From: Lama glama
Taxonomy: Eukaryota
Length of the DNA stretch: 64,000 nt
NCBI GenBank assembly: GCA_028534125.1
Contig: CM052816.1
Coordinates: 51,276,001-51,340,000, forward strand
Direction of reading: 5' to 3'
Under the pieces are notes generated by a model, which ran no database searches, was not told where the DNA came from, and was given only the letters and a program-made list of their open reading frames with translations. Positions 12,851 to 26,040 of this stretch are shown one piece after another. The position numbers and the translations under genes are program-made. Position 1 is the first letter of the stretch; every line of letters starts with the position of its first letter.

Positions 12851-14189
12851 GCATTTCTTATTAAAATTTTAAACTTCTTTTTAATTTGGAGAAGGAAAAA
12901 GATTAGTAAACATTTATGGATCTCAACAGCTATTTCTTGCAATTTCTACTCAATGATCTATGGTTCAGCTGACACCAAAAATACAAATCCAAGAACTGGG
13001 ATAATGCGAAGCAGGCAATACAACACTTTCTAGCCATCTTCAAGAAAGATACACAAGGCACGTGGTAATAAAATTAGAAAAGACAGAAAAGAAGAGCTTG
13101 AATAAAATGAAATAAAGAGAAGAGAATGAAATCGAGCACAGATTCATAGACTCTGAGTCTAACCATTCAGGCAAATCAAGAGCTGTATCTATCACACCTG
13201 AAAGGGCCAGTCACCCAGCTTCTCCTGACACATTTCAGGTGGCATAGACAGCATGTATCACCTTATTTTAATTTAGTCCCTCATTGACCCCACTTGTCTC
13301 ATCTGAAGTAATATGGACTTAAGACACTCCACCAAGACTGATTCTCGGCTACATATTCTGGCCTCACCACCTCGTCTGGGTGAGCCCAACCCTGCCCAGT
13401 GTGGACAGAGAAAGCATTCCAAACAGCAGGATGCTACAGTTGTTTCAAATCTAAGGCAAATACAACAGCTTCTATCCATTTAAAGATGCCAACAGGTAGA
13501 ATGGTTAAGACAGTATCAATGTACAACTGCATGACTTCTGACTTGCACTAAATTCTGCTTGGAGAAACAACAGGTATTTGCAGGAGACAGATGCTGGAGT
13601 ACACTCTATGCAGACTTAACTCTTTTGTACATAACTCAAAGTCTTTCATCATCTCTTTCTTTGTCTTCAGTACAAACCCTTCACCAGCTCCTTCCCAGAC
13701 TTTCCCAAGGTGGAGCTCACTACTCCATGTATGGCTCTACCTCTAATTACTATTTACTGCATTTGCATGTTTTTTTCTCATTATAATGTCATTAGCATGC
13801 AAGGGAGCCTGGTTGCCAAGGCAACCAGGAGTGGTGAATGCACAGCACAGCCTTTAATGAAAACTTAACCCTACTTCTTTTAATTCGCACTGTGTTTTTT
13901 GGTTCACTTCAATTTTGTGGTCACAAGAATGAAAATATCCTGCAGTTAACACTTCTTATGTGGTGCTGCTCCATGGTCTTGAGAACCTTTGTGTTCTCCT
14001 GAACATACTAACAACACTATATTTTTCATAACTAACCTTGAAAACTTCCTCTGATAGTAATAAATTCTCCTTCTAATCAACAGTGCTCACTCAACACAAT
14101 CCTTTGAATATCTAAAATAGTCTATTTTTCTCCAGACTAAATATTCTCAGGTTTTTCAAATTTGACATGTTTTCTGCAGTCCTTATTCA

Positions 14190-14600
14190 CCTAACTGCAT
14201 GCCCCTGAAGCCATCCTAAATGATTTGATTGAGCTCATACTCACTCCCTCTATAGCATCCTGTCAATCTGATAACCTTTTTAAAAGGAAATAAGAGATTA
14301 ATTTGACATGGCTTCTTTTTAGCCAACCTACAAAGGTATGCTTATCAAAGCTGGGTATGATAATAAAAATGATTTGTCAGGCGATCAAATAAAGATATAA
14401 TTTGCTCAAAAATCTCAGTCACAATAGGCAAAAATGAGACAATACTTGGCATTAATAAAAGCAAAATCCTAAAACTAGGCTCAGAAATTCAGCTACACAA
14501 ATAGAGGAGCTGTTGCTTAACAGCAAGGCACACTTTTAAGCCACAAGAGATACAGATGCCTTCAAGTTCAGGAGGAGCCAAAGTGTGAAGGGCTGTCATG
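14190..14600. mobile_element. Probable CR1/L3 LINE remnants
   Basis: ggtatgcttatcaaagct, gcaaaatcctaaaactagg, cagctacacaaatagagg resemble the L3 RT 3' region. Confidence 0.45.
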
Positions 14601-14874
14601 AAGGCATTTCTTAGAACTCAGTTTGTAATTGTTACATTTGCAGGATAAGGAGGACAAGGTCAACAGTATTGCAGAACGGTTTAAAGAAAGCAAATCTTGT
14701 AAGAAAAGGCAACTAATGACCACAAAAACCTATTATTTTCTGGTATCACTGTCTTTTACAATATAAGGAAAGATGGAATCAGTGGGACTAACCACTGAAG
14801 TAAGGCAGCCTGAGGAGTTAGAATTGAGCTCTCACTTGAGATCGAGCAGACTTCAAGAAGGAGACCAGTGAGAA

Positions 14875-15065
14875 TGCTATTGTCCAACAAAATCAGCAGC
14901 AATGATGGAAATGTTTTGTGCTGTCCAAAATGGTAGTCAGTTGCCACTTAAAATGCAGTGAGTGCAACTCGGAAACCAATTCATTTCATTTAACTTTACT
15001 TAATTTAAATTTCAATTTGAATAGTCACATGTGGCTAGTGGCCACCATATTCTATGGCACAGCTA
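14875..15065. mobile_element. MER3/MER33-type hAT MITE
   Basis: gatggaaatgttttgtgctgtccaaaatggtag...atagtcacatgtggctagtggccaccatatt. Confidence 0.75.
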
Positions 15066-15324
15066 CACAAATGATGGGCTACTACAGAGTAATGTTCTGA
15101 TAACATTTTAAGGTCAGACTATATTCTTCAGCTTTCCCCCAAACAAGCAAATGAAGTGGGGCCTGGCAACATCCGAGTCATAGTCTAGGAGGAGGCCCTA
15201 CTGTAGCATACACTGTAGGCCACATCCCCCATAGGAGAAGGCCCAGGCCATAAGAACAATTTGCCTTCAAACCAGGCATGAGAGTTTAGAAAGAGATGGG
15301 TGGTCAGTATTACCACAGACTTGA

Positions 15325-15500
15325 GAAGCAGTATGGCATAGAGTCCAGTCCACAGACGTGAAAACCAGACTGCCTGACTTCATATCACAGCTCTATCACA
15401 AATTAAGTGTGACCTCAGCTTTTTCATCTCTAAAGTGGGGATAATAATGGGTACTATTACCAACCAGTGTGAAAAATAACCTGAGTTAATACGTACAAAA
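15325..15500 (+). mobile_element. MIR SINE
   Basis: gaagcagtatggcatag...ttttcatctctaaagtggggataataat. Confidence 0.7.
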
Positions 15501-15926
15501 GAGAAAAAAAAACTGACATAATTGTTAATGAGTGTTTTTTCCAAAAAGTACGTTTCTCCTTCAAGAGTTAACATATTTTGGTCAATCCCCATGAGTGAGT
15601 TAGAGAAGGCTAGGATAACCTATTTCTCCTTCCAAGCCTTTATTCTTCTACATAATTCAGAAGCCATCTGAACAGCTATTTGACTTAATCCAGCTTAGAC
15701 TGGTTCATCATACTCCTGCCACCTACCCACTCCACTACTGCTAGCCCTTATTCCCTCCATCAGAAAGACATAAAACACAGCACATGCCCAGCTGGCAAAT
15801 ATACTTCCTGAACCTTTATCCTCTCCCAGTCCTTGCTTTTTACTCCATTCTCTTAGTTATTGAATTTGGGACCTGTCAAAGTTAACATTCCTGTCTCAGC
15901 CTTCCAGACTGTCATATGATTCACTC

Positions 15927-17700
15927 CAGTGCTTTCTACCCTTTTCACATCATGACACACATAAAAATCCATATTTGAACAGTATAATGGAGCAAACTAG
16001 AGGGGATTTGGTGGTATCTATATGAAACTTGGTGAAAAATATCTTAAATATATTTTCTTTATACTATACAATTATTATAGTAAATCCCATTCCTATTCCC
16101 AGCCCCAGGCTAATCTACTTTCTGTCCCTATAGAAAGGAGTATATCACTTTTCCCCAAATAATGGAAACTCTTTTCTCATCACTAACCAGAATTTGGATA
16201 ATTCAAATCTAAATTGTACTTCAAAAGTGCCATCGTTCAGTTAATCAAATAGATCTTCCTTTACTTTCATCGAAAAATGAAATGTGAAAATTTCTTATGA
16301 TGGTATAAATAAATTGTGAATACAACTGAAATCACACACTTCAACCAATGAAGTAGGTTTTCCTTAAATATACAAGATGTTGCTCTGGCTCTACTTGTCT
16401 TAATAATCATTCTTTACTATTCAAACCATGACACAGACTAAACAATGACAAGTGAACCTTTTTTAACCCCTCATTTCCAAGGCTGAATTTCTGAATTGAA
16501 TCCATAAATTTTAACAGTACATGTGAATACATTATCATAAGGTTCTAGCAATTTTCTACTAGGTTCATTAATTCAGCTAATTAAGCTATTTTTTCAAGCC
16601 AATAGCTACCTTTTAACAAATCTGCAAAGTAAGAATTGCTTACAAAAAAAATTCTCCTAGTTCATAAACTGTTTTTGGACATCTACTGCCCTTCAGTATG
16701 AAACAGTGGAACGTTGTATTCCAATCCCATTTCTTCAAATGAAGCTGAAAACAGATGTGAGTGAAGCACCTTCGGTTACATTAGATTCTCCATTTTGATA
16801 CATCAGACTATGTGAAACTCATATACAGGCAAACTTCTACACGACAGAGTTTCTCTGTAAATAAAACATCGTATTATTTATATCTCAGTGTCTTCACGAC
16901 TCTTAATGTGTGACCATTACACTTTCCTGTCACTGCAGTCACTCCACTAGTAAGACAAATTCAAGCATGTTTCCATAATAACTTATTTGTTTCAAAGTAT
17001 GTATTTACCACCTGCAATATTTCACCTCCCATGATTTGTTTTGGTACTTCCTTATAGAGAACTGACATTCTTCCTAGCATTTCTCTTTAGGAATTCTAAC
17101 TGTGCTGGAATTGGGCAGTTTCTAACATGCGTAAATTCATCAATCCGAAAAAGAAAAGTCTGTTTGATTTATAATAATCTAATGCCGTCTTTATGTCATC
17201 TGACATATCATCAATATGTTTACAAGTATTATTTGAGAGCACCACCTCCTCCATTTCTCTTGTTTTATTGGCCTAAGTTTCTAGCATGTTGGTAAAATAA
17301 GGACTTCTATCTTTGTGAGAGATGGTATGGCTTCAGCTTTTAATCATGTAACCATATAACTGGTTTATTCAGCTTAATCTAAATAAACTGAAATAGCTTA
17401 TTGTTAGATTCAATCTCAAAAAGATCTTTGGTTTTTGCATTGCTTTTGCAAAACTTAAAAACGTTCCAGTCTTCTGCACAGGATAAGTTTTGGAGTGAGG
17501 TGCCAGTGCAGTTTGCTTGGTACCCTGTCTTCATATTATAACTTTTCCTGCCAGGAAGGCATTTAGGCTAAGGGAAAAGAGTTACTAGGCACACACATCC
17601 AAGTTTCAGATGATTCTCATTTCATTACCTAACTACTGACTTCAACTTTTTTTGATACCTGTGTTTCTCTAGGCTTTCTAGCTTTAATGAAAAGTTATCC
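15927..17700 (-). mobile_element. Degenerate hAT-Charlie (Buster-type) DNA transposon with transposase remnants
   Basis: Minus-strand fragments VLSNNTCKHIDDMSDDIK, GEILQVVNTYFETNKLLW, CFIYRETL and FEEMGLEYNVPLFHTE follow the order of Buster/Charlie motifs (LSNNT..RIDDM, HCxIHREAL, CEEMG..LLHTEVRW). Many stops and frameshifts. A cagtg terminal repeat-like end sits at 15927. Confidence 0.85.
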
Positions 17701-18334
17701 ATTAAGATTGAAAAGTAAGTACAATATCTGTAAAATTTAAATCTTTTTTAAATATGAAGAACTAATAGGGCCAACTGGCTTTTACAACATAAAATCTATT
17801 TACAGGAATGAGAAATATTTGCTCATTAAAATATTTTAAAAAACAAATTTCATGAAAATTCAAACAAATAATCATTGACTTTTGTTTACTCCAAAAATTA
17901 AAACTTTGAAATACTCCTAAAATATATATATAATGTATAAACTGGTATAGAATTAAAATATTTTGACAATTTATTTTCTGAAGCTAGAAAGCCTTTTAAT
18001 TAATCAACTTAATTCAAGGTATATTCAGAAGGTATATTCAATTATTATTTGATTTTTAGAAGTAAATATTTTTTTAATTTCTAAAAACAAACAATAATTT
18101 GTTACAAAATTCTAACAAGAATCAGACTTTGGCTAATTGTTCACACCAAAAGCAAAAACTAAATATAAGTAAAGTAACTAAAAAAATCAATGTTTTGTTT
18201 AGCAACACTCAGTATCAGAAAATAGTAATAAAAGTACTACAAAAAATAAGTCAGAAAAATTGTAAAATAGTGATGACAGCAAACTAAATTGAAATTAGAG
18301 TACAAATATTTTACATGTGTTAAAAAACAAAATT

Positions 18335-18865
18335 TTAAAAAATGGAAGCAGCCCAAATATCCATCAAAAGATGAATGGATAAATAAAATATGTCATATAT
18401 ATACACAGTGAAATATTATTCAGCCTTAAAAAGGAAGGGAATTCTAACATATTCTGTAATATGAATGAACCTTGAAGACACTACGCTAAGTAAAATAAAC
18501 CAGTTGTGAAAGAACAAACATATGATCCCACTTATATGAGGGAGAAGGGTAGTCAAGTTCATAGAAACAGAAAGTAGAATAGTGGTTGCCTGAGGCTGGG
18601 GGAAAGGAGTTGTTTTGTGAGCACAGAGTTTCAGTTTATTAAGATGAAACAGTTCTGGAAAATGGTAGTGGTAATGGTTGTCTAACAATGTGAATGCACT
18701 AAATACTACTAAACTACTGCTGAACTGAACCACTTAAAAATAGGTTAAGATGGAATCTTATGTCATATATTTTTCCCATAATTTTAAAATACTTTCTTTT
18801 AAATGGTTACAATGGCACACTTTGTGTCATATATATTTTACCACAATTTTAAGAATTAAAAAAAA
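18335..18865 (+). mobile_element. L1MB-type 3' end
   Basis: gatgaatggataaataaaat, tattattcagccttaaaaaggaaggg, gaaagtagaatagtggttgcc. Confidence 0.85.
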
Positions 18866-20167
18866 AACTTACTAATGTCAAGTATATCACAAGAGTATAG
18901 TTAGAATTGGAATGATTCAAGGTCCAATGTCAAGGGTAGGTACTATGTGATATGGCTACTACAAAGAACTTCCAGGCCACAAATTCCACACCTAAAGCTT
19001 TTCAGTCCAAAATAATTAGTGAATTTAGGGAGTTTACAAAGGGAGCCACTCAAATAGTACTCAAATATCACTTCAACTACTATAAATTTCTGAATGGTTG
19101 TACAAAACACTATTAATGAATTCTGACCATTAGTATCTTGAATCCACATGTAGCCTGTTCGTGGTACAGTAATATGCAAGGCACAGCCACTAGGAAGCTC
19201 TGATCTAGTACTCAACTTTCAGGTTTCTCCCAGATCAAATTATCTGTCTCCCAAGCTCAGCATATTCTTAGACTATCCTCTGGGTAAGTCTCATCCCAGC
19301 TCAGACAGGGCTTCAGATCAATGCTTCTTGCATTCTATGTCCAGGACATCTCCCTTCCAGCAAACCCCACCTTCATAAGCAGGACCCATAGAGTGGCTAC
19401 AAAAAAAGCTAATGCATCAAAAGCAGCCTTAATAAAAGCACCATTTGGAACAAGGTGAATTATATGACCTTCTAACTGTAAACCTCTATTTCTATGACTT
19501 ATGAACACTTTTATGATTCAAGGTTATATAACACATAAATCTCAACTTTATATTCTGATTGCTTGTCCAGGTCTCAGCAATGAATAAAATGCATACCAAA
19601 GAGGCATGCCTCATGATCATTTTTAGTGGCACTAAGATATGCTAGGTAAAACTGAGAAGTAAATGAAACTTGTCATTTGATGCTCTCCCATTTCTACCTC
19701 TCCTTTGTTGTCAAAGCTCACATAATGTCCTACAGTGGTCCAAAGGTCCTAATCCTTCAAAAGTGCTGCAAAGCACATAACTCAGCTTTCTCTGTTCTTC
19801 CCTTTTCTCCACCTAAAACCTACCCTAGTTTTTAAAAATATCAATTCGTTAATGTCCCACTTCCACTTGGACACAAGATCCCAGTCAGGCTTTTCTTATA
19901 AGATTTTCTTATGAGAACGTCAACACCAGCTCTCACTTAGTGGTCACCAGAGCATATGGACCTGCTCTTCATGGGAAACAGAGTATCTCCACTTCAGGTT
20001 CTGCTATCCAACTCTTAGCTCATTAACCATTCAATGCTATCAAGCTGTTTTGTTAGCACACTGGAATTATAAATGATGGTCTTTCCTCTTTATTCAAATT
20101 TTACTATCTAATGTTATATAATGGGGCAAAGGGACATAAATCAACATTTGAAAATCTCATCCTAGAC

Positions 20168-20435
20168 CAAATGCTTTTCAAACCATCTGTGGTGAAAGAT
20201 CAGGATTTTTATTTCCAATCTGTCATAGACATACTTTTGTGAAAAACACTAAAAATGAATTACTAGAAAAAAATGAAATTCAAAAATCCAAAACATACAA
20301 AATACAAGCCCCAATTTAAAGAAAAAAAAAAAAAGCTCTCTCTTTTTAGGTTCACAGCAAATTTGGGAGGAAAGTACAGAGATTTCCCATATACCCCATA
20401 TCCCTACACATGTATAGCCTCCCCCATTATAAGCA
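20168..20435. mobile_element. hAT-Charlie terminal fragment followed by a short minus-strand L1MA fragment
   Basis: cttttcaaaccatctgtggtgaaagatcag...aatgaattactagaaaa; then tttaggttcacagcaaatttg...tacagagatttcccatatacccc. Confidence 0.55.
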
Positions 20436-22059
20436 TCTTTTTTAAAAAAATTATATTTGACAGATATAAAATTACTCTGTCAAATTACTTACAAGTTTCT
20501 AAGCACTCGTTTTCAATTTCTTTACTTACCTCCTTGTACTGGTACCTATCTAGGACCACAGTGAGTAGCACTGACTCTCTCATCCCAACCCAAATATCTA
20601 CCTCCATCCTATCACCAGAGTCAAACAATCCTCTTTGTAAAGAAACAGGAAGACAGAGAATGCCATATGCTATGGTTAGTGAAAAAGCCATTTGGGGTGC
20701 AATACACATCTGTCATCTATGGAATTGTAGTTCATAGAAGATGATCCATTTTCATCAGCCATTCACCAATCAAATATACTTTCAGGTTTATGAGAATAAC
20801 ACAGTCTAGGTGTCTCATATGTGCCTTTCACTTTGAAAATTCTCATTGGTTTAGGGTAGTTAAAACCCCTATTCTGGTTCTTGATTATTTACATAATAAA
20901 GATCCATTTAAATGCACACGCACTACAACCTCCTGAAGTCAGCAGGAGGTGAACATGAAAATCTGAGACCAAACTTCCCTGCATGTGCACAAAGCATGTT
21001 TCCATTGTGCAATTGCTTTACAAATAAGAAATAAACACTGGATTTATAAGACTTGGAAGAAAAGGTTTAATGGCTTCAACTGTTTTCCATTACTGGAAAA
21101 TTTACATGCTGAAAAGTAGCAAAAACCAGTGCAAAAGAATAAACAGTGGGTGCACTTCAAGGGCTTGCTTCTTTCAAGAATCAGGAGTAAAATTGGGTTT
21201 TATTAGCTGTTTCATTAAGTTTTACTTTGAAGAAAAACAAACAGTGAAGGCATATGTGCAACATCTGATGAAAAAGGGATTTTATTCTAAACAGTCTCTG
21301 TACAAAACTCATTAATGTAACATTAAATGTGAAGACTTGTCTAGCAATTTAAGGATAATTTTACTCATTTTAGTTTATTTATAATTTGTGACACAGTTTA
21401 TTTAACATATTCTAATCTTTAAATCACCATGTGTACTAAACTAATATATTAAATCTGTCTTTTCAATGACATTTTGCAACAAATATCTACAGCAACTGTT
21501 ACAGGCAATTAGTACATGAAGTTTGTACCAAATTTAACACCTAAAGATAATACAGCTGAATACTGATAACTTGGAAAATTCATGAAAACACATCATTTCT
21601 TTTTAATCAAACTCCTAATTGTAAAGATTATTCTTAAACTACAAATACACTTTTTTAGAAAAATCTAAATGTAGGTATTACTATAATCCAATATCTGAAA
21701 TCTAAGCATCTCATATAATACTAAAATTATTAAATAAAAGTAAATATTTTTTCCTCACAGCAAATTTAGACATGCTGGATATTCATCATATTCCCACTGG
21801 AAGAATTTACTCAATTGTTGTTTTTCCATTTCAAGCCTAGATGTTGATAAGAAGCAACTAAATTTTGTTAGTAGGAAAAAGAAAAAAAACATATATTACA
21901 GTTCTGTTGTGTTGGTTACAAAATAGTGTAGGCTTCTGGTATGTAGCAGATTAAACTTCAGCTTCTAAATGGATGAATTCAATATTAAACTACCAACTGG
22001 GGATTAAGACTGTAGTCTTGAAGGAAACTTTGGCTCCAATCTTGACCCTACCTCTACTT

Positions 22060-22199
22060 TGTTGTTGTTCTTGTTGTTGTTGTTGTTGTTGCAGGGGGAG
22101 ACAATTAGGTTTATTTTTAGAGGAGGTATTGGGGATTGAATCCAGGGCCTTCTGCATGCTAGGCATATACTCTACCACTTGAGCTATAACTTCTCCTCA
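22060..22199 (-). mobile_element. tRNA-derived camelid SINE (Vic-1-like) with (CAA)n tail, nested in a MIR
   Basis: Reverse complement has A box tagctcaagtgg and B box-like ggattcaatcc. Imperfect TSD accctacctctactt (22045-22059) / accctgcctcttactt (22200-22215). MIR continues to ~22360. Confidence 0.85.
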
Positions 22200-22914
22200 A
22201 CCCTGCCTCTTACTTAAAGACCATGCAACCTTGGACAAGTCACTTAACTTCTCTAAGCCTACCTGCCTCATCTGACGTAGACATAATAACAGCAAACTCA
22301 TAGGGATATTGTGGGGATTAAATTAAATGCAGTATTGCATGTACATAATAGCACAGTTGGTGCTTTAAAAATGGACTTTCTTCTTTAGAAAACAATTATT
22401 ACTCATTTTTCTCAAACTAATTTAATTTAGCACATAGTTTAAAAAGTCAAACAACACTAAAATGAATATATATATAACAAATATCAGCAGCCCTTTTCTT
22501 ATCACTCTCCATACTCTGGTCAGCCTATCCAGAGGCAATCTCTTATAACTTTCCTTGTTACATCTTCTGCCATTCATCTCCAAATTTCATACATTTTCTG
22601 TATACAGCCTTCCCCTGAGACATCAAATTTAGATATTATCTATTAATTTATTATGCAGATAATATATTTTCAAATTCAGTGTGACCCCCAAATTAAAATA
22701 CCAAGATCATTAAAAAACGAACCGGTAAACTCATACATTGGAAAGAATATATAGAAGAAATAGTCTCTCTTAGGAGCCTATGGAGTGTCAGTCCAAATCA
22801 GTTGTAACCTATCATTAAGGGGTCAATGCCTCAGAGCACAAATAGAAAATGGATTTATTTTTTCCAATAACTGCTCTTGGCTCTCCTGTGTGGAATCTTC
22901 TTTTCCATCTGTTA

Positions 22915-23350
22915 AGTGTGGCAGATTGTTTGCATTAGTGAACCCAACTTTTACACCTCCCTATATCTTTGTCCTTTGGTTGTGCCTTTCCACAATGACT
23001 CTGAGTTTGGCCCCCCAAGAAAAGCTCAAGTAGAGGTCTGAAAGAGTGCTTGAGAGTTTCTACTTTCTTCCTTTGGACCCTAACCACTGCCATGAGAATG
23101 GGCTCAGGTTAGCTTGATGGAACCAGGCTGAATCATTCCTCTTAGATGAGGCTCTCTTAGACTAGCCAGCTCCCAGCCGACATTCAGCTGGATTGTAGAA
23201 AGATAAGTAAGCCCTGTGGACATCAACTGAGCCTGCCACAGATCAGAATGGCCCAGCCAATTTGTAGGCTTCTGAGAAATAATAAATGATTGCTGTTTTA
23301 AACCATTAAGTTTTGTAATGATTTATTATGTGGTAATACCTAACTGATTT
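22915..23350 (+). mobile_element. MaLR LTR (MLT1F/H-like)
   Basis: tgagaaataataaatgattgctgttttaaaccattaagttttgtaatgatttattatg 3' end. Confidence 0.65.
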
Positions 23351-24704
23351 ATTAGGAATCCTTAAATAACAACTTGGTCCCAATCTGTAACTTTTTAGAT
23401 GCTTTCAATTATTAGAACTCTAAGCTTCAGATAATTAAGATTCAATCTTATATTATTTTTGTTGTTCTGACGATTTCCGACTCAAAATCAATTTGAAGTT
23501 CTTTTTCCCCCGTAGATCAACCCACACTCTCTGTAGCTTAGAATGGAGAAATGAAGGATTGTCTTGCTCAGAGAAATCTCCTGCCCCTCACTTCTTCTTC
23601 CAGGGCCCATGGTTTGAGAACTGGAAGTAGGAAGGAGGGTCATCCCCTTGCTTAACTAGGTGCACAGCCCTCTCCTGGTTGTTTGCTGTTGCCTCTCTGC
23701 CTGGTACTGAGTGACAATGTTCCCACATATGGCAGGTATGCAGCTGCTAGCTCCCTCATGAGTGACTAAATGGGCTCTTCAGAAGATCCTGTAGGGAGAC
23801 ACCTCCCAGGACATTTACTAAATCTAGGCAGTCACCATCCACCCTCTACCACTGCTGAGGTCCCTTTACCTCCTAGTTTGAGAAAGACAATTGAAAAATA
23901 GGTCAAGCCTGTCTACTCTCTGAAGTGACCATATGAAACAGATCAAACAGCATCCTCTTTCCCCTACTACTACTCTCAACTCCCTGTGGCCCGGCTGGAG
24001 CAGAAAATGGCACATCAGCAAGTCTATGACTAAGAAAATGCTCAATTAGGCAATGAAGGGACCATTCTCCCAACTTGAAAGTACCCCCACACTCTTTATA
24101 AATGGTTCTTTGGAGAGGAAGAGAGGCTTTTGGAGGGAATCTTTTCTCATTACAAACTGCACGTCTGCTCTGCTGAATCCTATTCTCATACCGGGGTAGT
24201 GTGGGGGATCCCAGTTCTTCAAAAATGGTTCTTCAGAGCAGTCTCTGAAGGCAGGTTTCTGGCCCTAGTGGCTAGTAGATTATTCATAGCAATCCAAATA
24301 TAGAAAATGAGTTACTCAAAGTCTTTTGTCTTCAGCTTGGGGCCTTAGCTGCAATTCTGGAACAAGATAAAAAGGTCCCACTCAACACACTGTTACATGG
24401 TTATTTTAAAGTCTGAAGTATGCATTAAATTCTACTATACTGCATATCATTATGGAAAAATTCCATTTTTACAGAAATGCCAGTTTTATTAAAAAGACTG
24501 CCCTGAAGAGGTTATTTGAATGATACTTATTAACTTTTTATGTAGATTTTATGGTGTTTTCATGGATCCTAATTCATCAATTAAGGGGTAAAAGAAGAAC
24601 ATTGGCATTTTTTTAAATTTCTCATATTTTTTTCAAATAAAACATTTGTCTAATAAAATTCTTCAGATAAATTATGGATTTTTCTTTTTTCTAGAAAATC
24701 ATAT

Positions 24705-26040
24705 ATTCAATCATTCATTTAACAAATATTCGTTTGTGTACCTACTTTACACTCAGTGATATTCTAGTTGCTTTGGGCATGTCAACAAACAAAACAAAGA
24801 TTTCTGCCCTCATAGATTGAGTGGGGAGAGACACTAAACAATAAATATAATAAATAAGTAATTATAAAGCATGTTAGAAGGTGAATAGTATGAGAAAAAG
24901 AAAATGTAGAGGAAGATAAGGGAAATCAGGAGTGAGGTTGCAGGTAGAGGGACCAAGTGGTTAGACATGTTGAATAGGGTGGTCAGGGAGGCCCCAGGAA
25001 GAAGGTGACATGTTAACAAACACATGGGATGGGAGGACAGAGGATGAGAGGATGGGGGTTGGAGGAAGGTGTTATAGCCATATCTGGAAGAAGAGTGATC
25101 TAGACAGAGGGGCCAGCCAATTCAGAGGGAGTGTTGGTGTATTTGAGGAACAGCAAGGAAGTCAGTGTGCCTAGATTGTTGTGAATGAAAGGAAGGAAAA
25201 TAGGAGGTGATGGCAGAGGAATAAGAGGGGTGGGAAAGGAGCAAATTATAGTTTACAAGCCATTGTAAATGCTTTGGCTTTTACTTTGAATTGAGAAGTG
25301 ATACAATGTGACTCCATTTTAAAAGGGTTACACTATAGGATGGCAAGGATGAAAGCAAGCAGATGGTTATGAAGGTAATCATAGTAAGAGCTGATGGTTT
25401 ACACCAGGGTGGTAGCAGAGGACATGATGAGAAATGGTCTGATTCTAGGTACTAAGAAGGTGGAGGCAATAGGATGTCCTAAGGGAATGGATGTGGGGTG
25501 TGAGAGAAATAGAGAAGTCAAGGATAACTTCAGTACCTTAAACAACTGAAAAGATGGAGCTGCCATCAGTTGAGAGGAGAAGGTTAGTTTAGGTGACAGT
25601 GGGTGAGCAAGTCTAGGAGTAGGAGGTTTGGAACTTAGTTTTGGACACGTTGAGACTAAGTGGAGATACCAAAGTAGAAATGTCAAGTAAGAAGTTGGCC
25701 TTATGAATCTGGAGTTCAAGAGAGAAGTCTGGACAGGAGGTATACATTTAGGAGTAACCGTCATTTGATGTAATTTAAATGATGACCTCCAGGGTTATAA
25801 GATTAGCTAGAGAAGAGAATAACACATAGGATGGCCTGGGAACTAATATTATGAGGTTGTGGAAGAAAGGAGATTAAAAAGCAGTGAAGAGTAATGCAGG
25901 TGGTAAACCAAGAGAGTAAGGGCACCAAATGAAGAAAGCATATCAAGGAGAAAAGAATGATCAATCCTGTCAAATACTACTAAAAGATCAAATAATTTAC
26001 CAATGAGTTTAGCAGCAATAAGCTTAGAGGTCACTGATGA
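24705..26040 (-). mobile_element. L2 LINE
   Basis: attcaatcattcatttaacaaatatt tail; reverse-strand RT-like remnant FDLLVVFDRIDHSFLLDMLSSFG (ORF 25849..26073). Confidence 0.85.

Noticed and set aside
20273..20737. 154-aa plus-strand ORF
   Set aside because: Runs across Charlie and L1 fragments and A-tracts; no protein-like signature.
21973..22182. Poly-Cys and poly-Gln ORFs
   Set aside because: Translations of the SINE (CAA/TTG)n tail.
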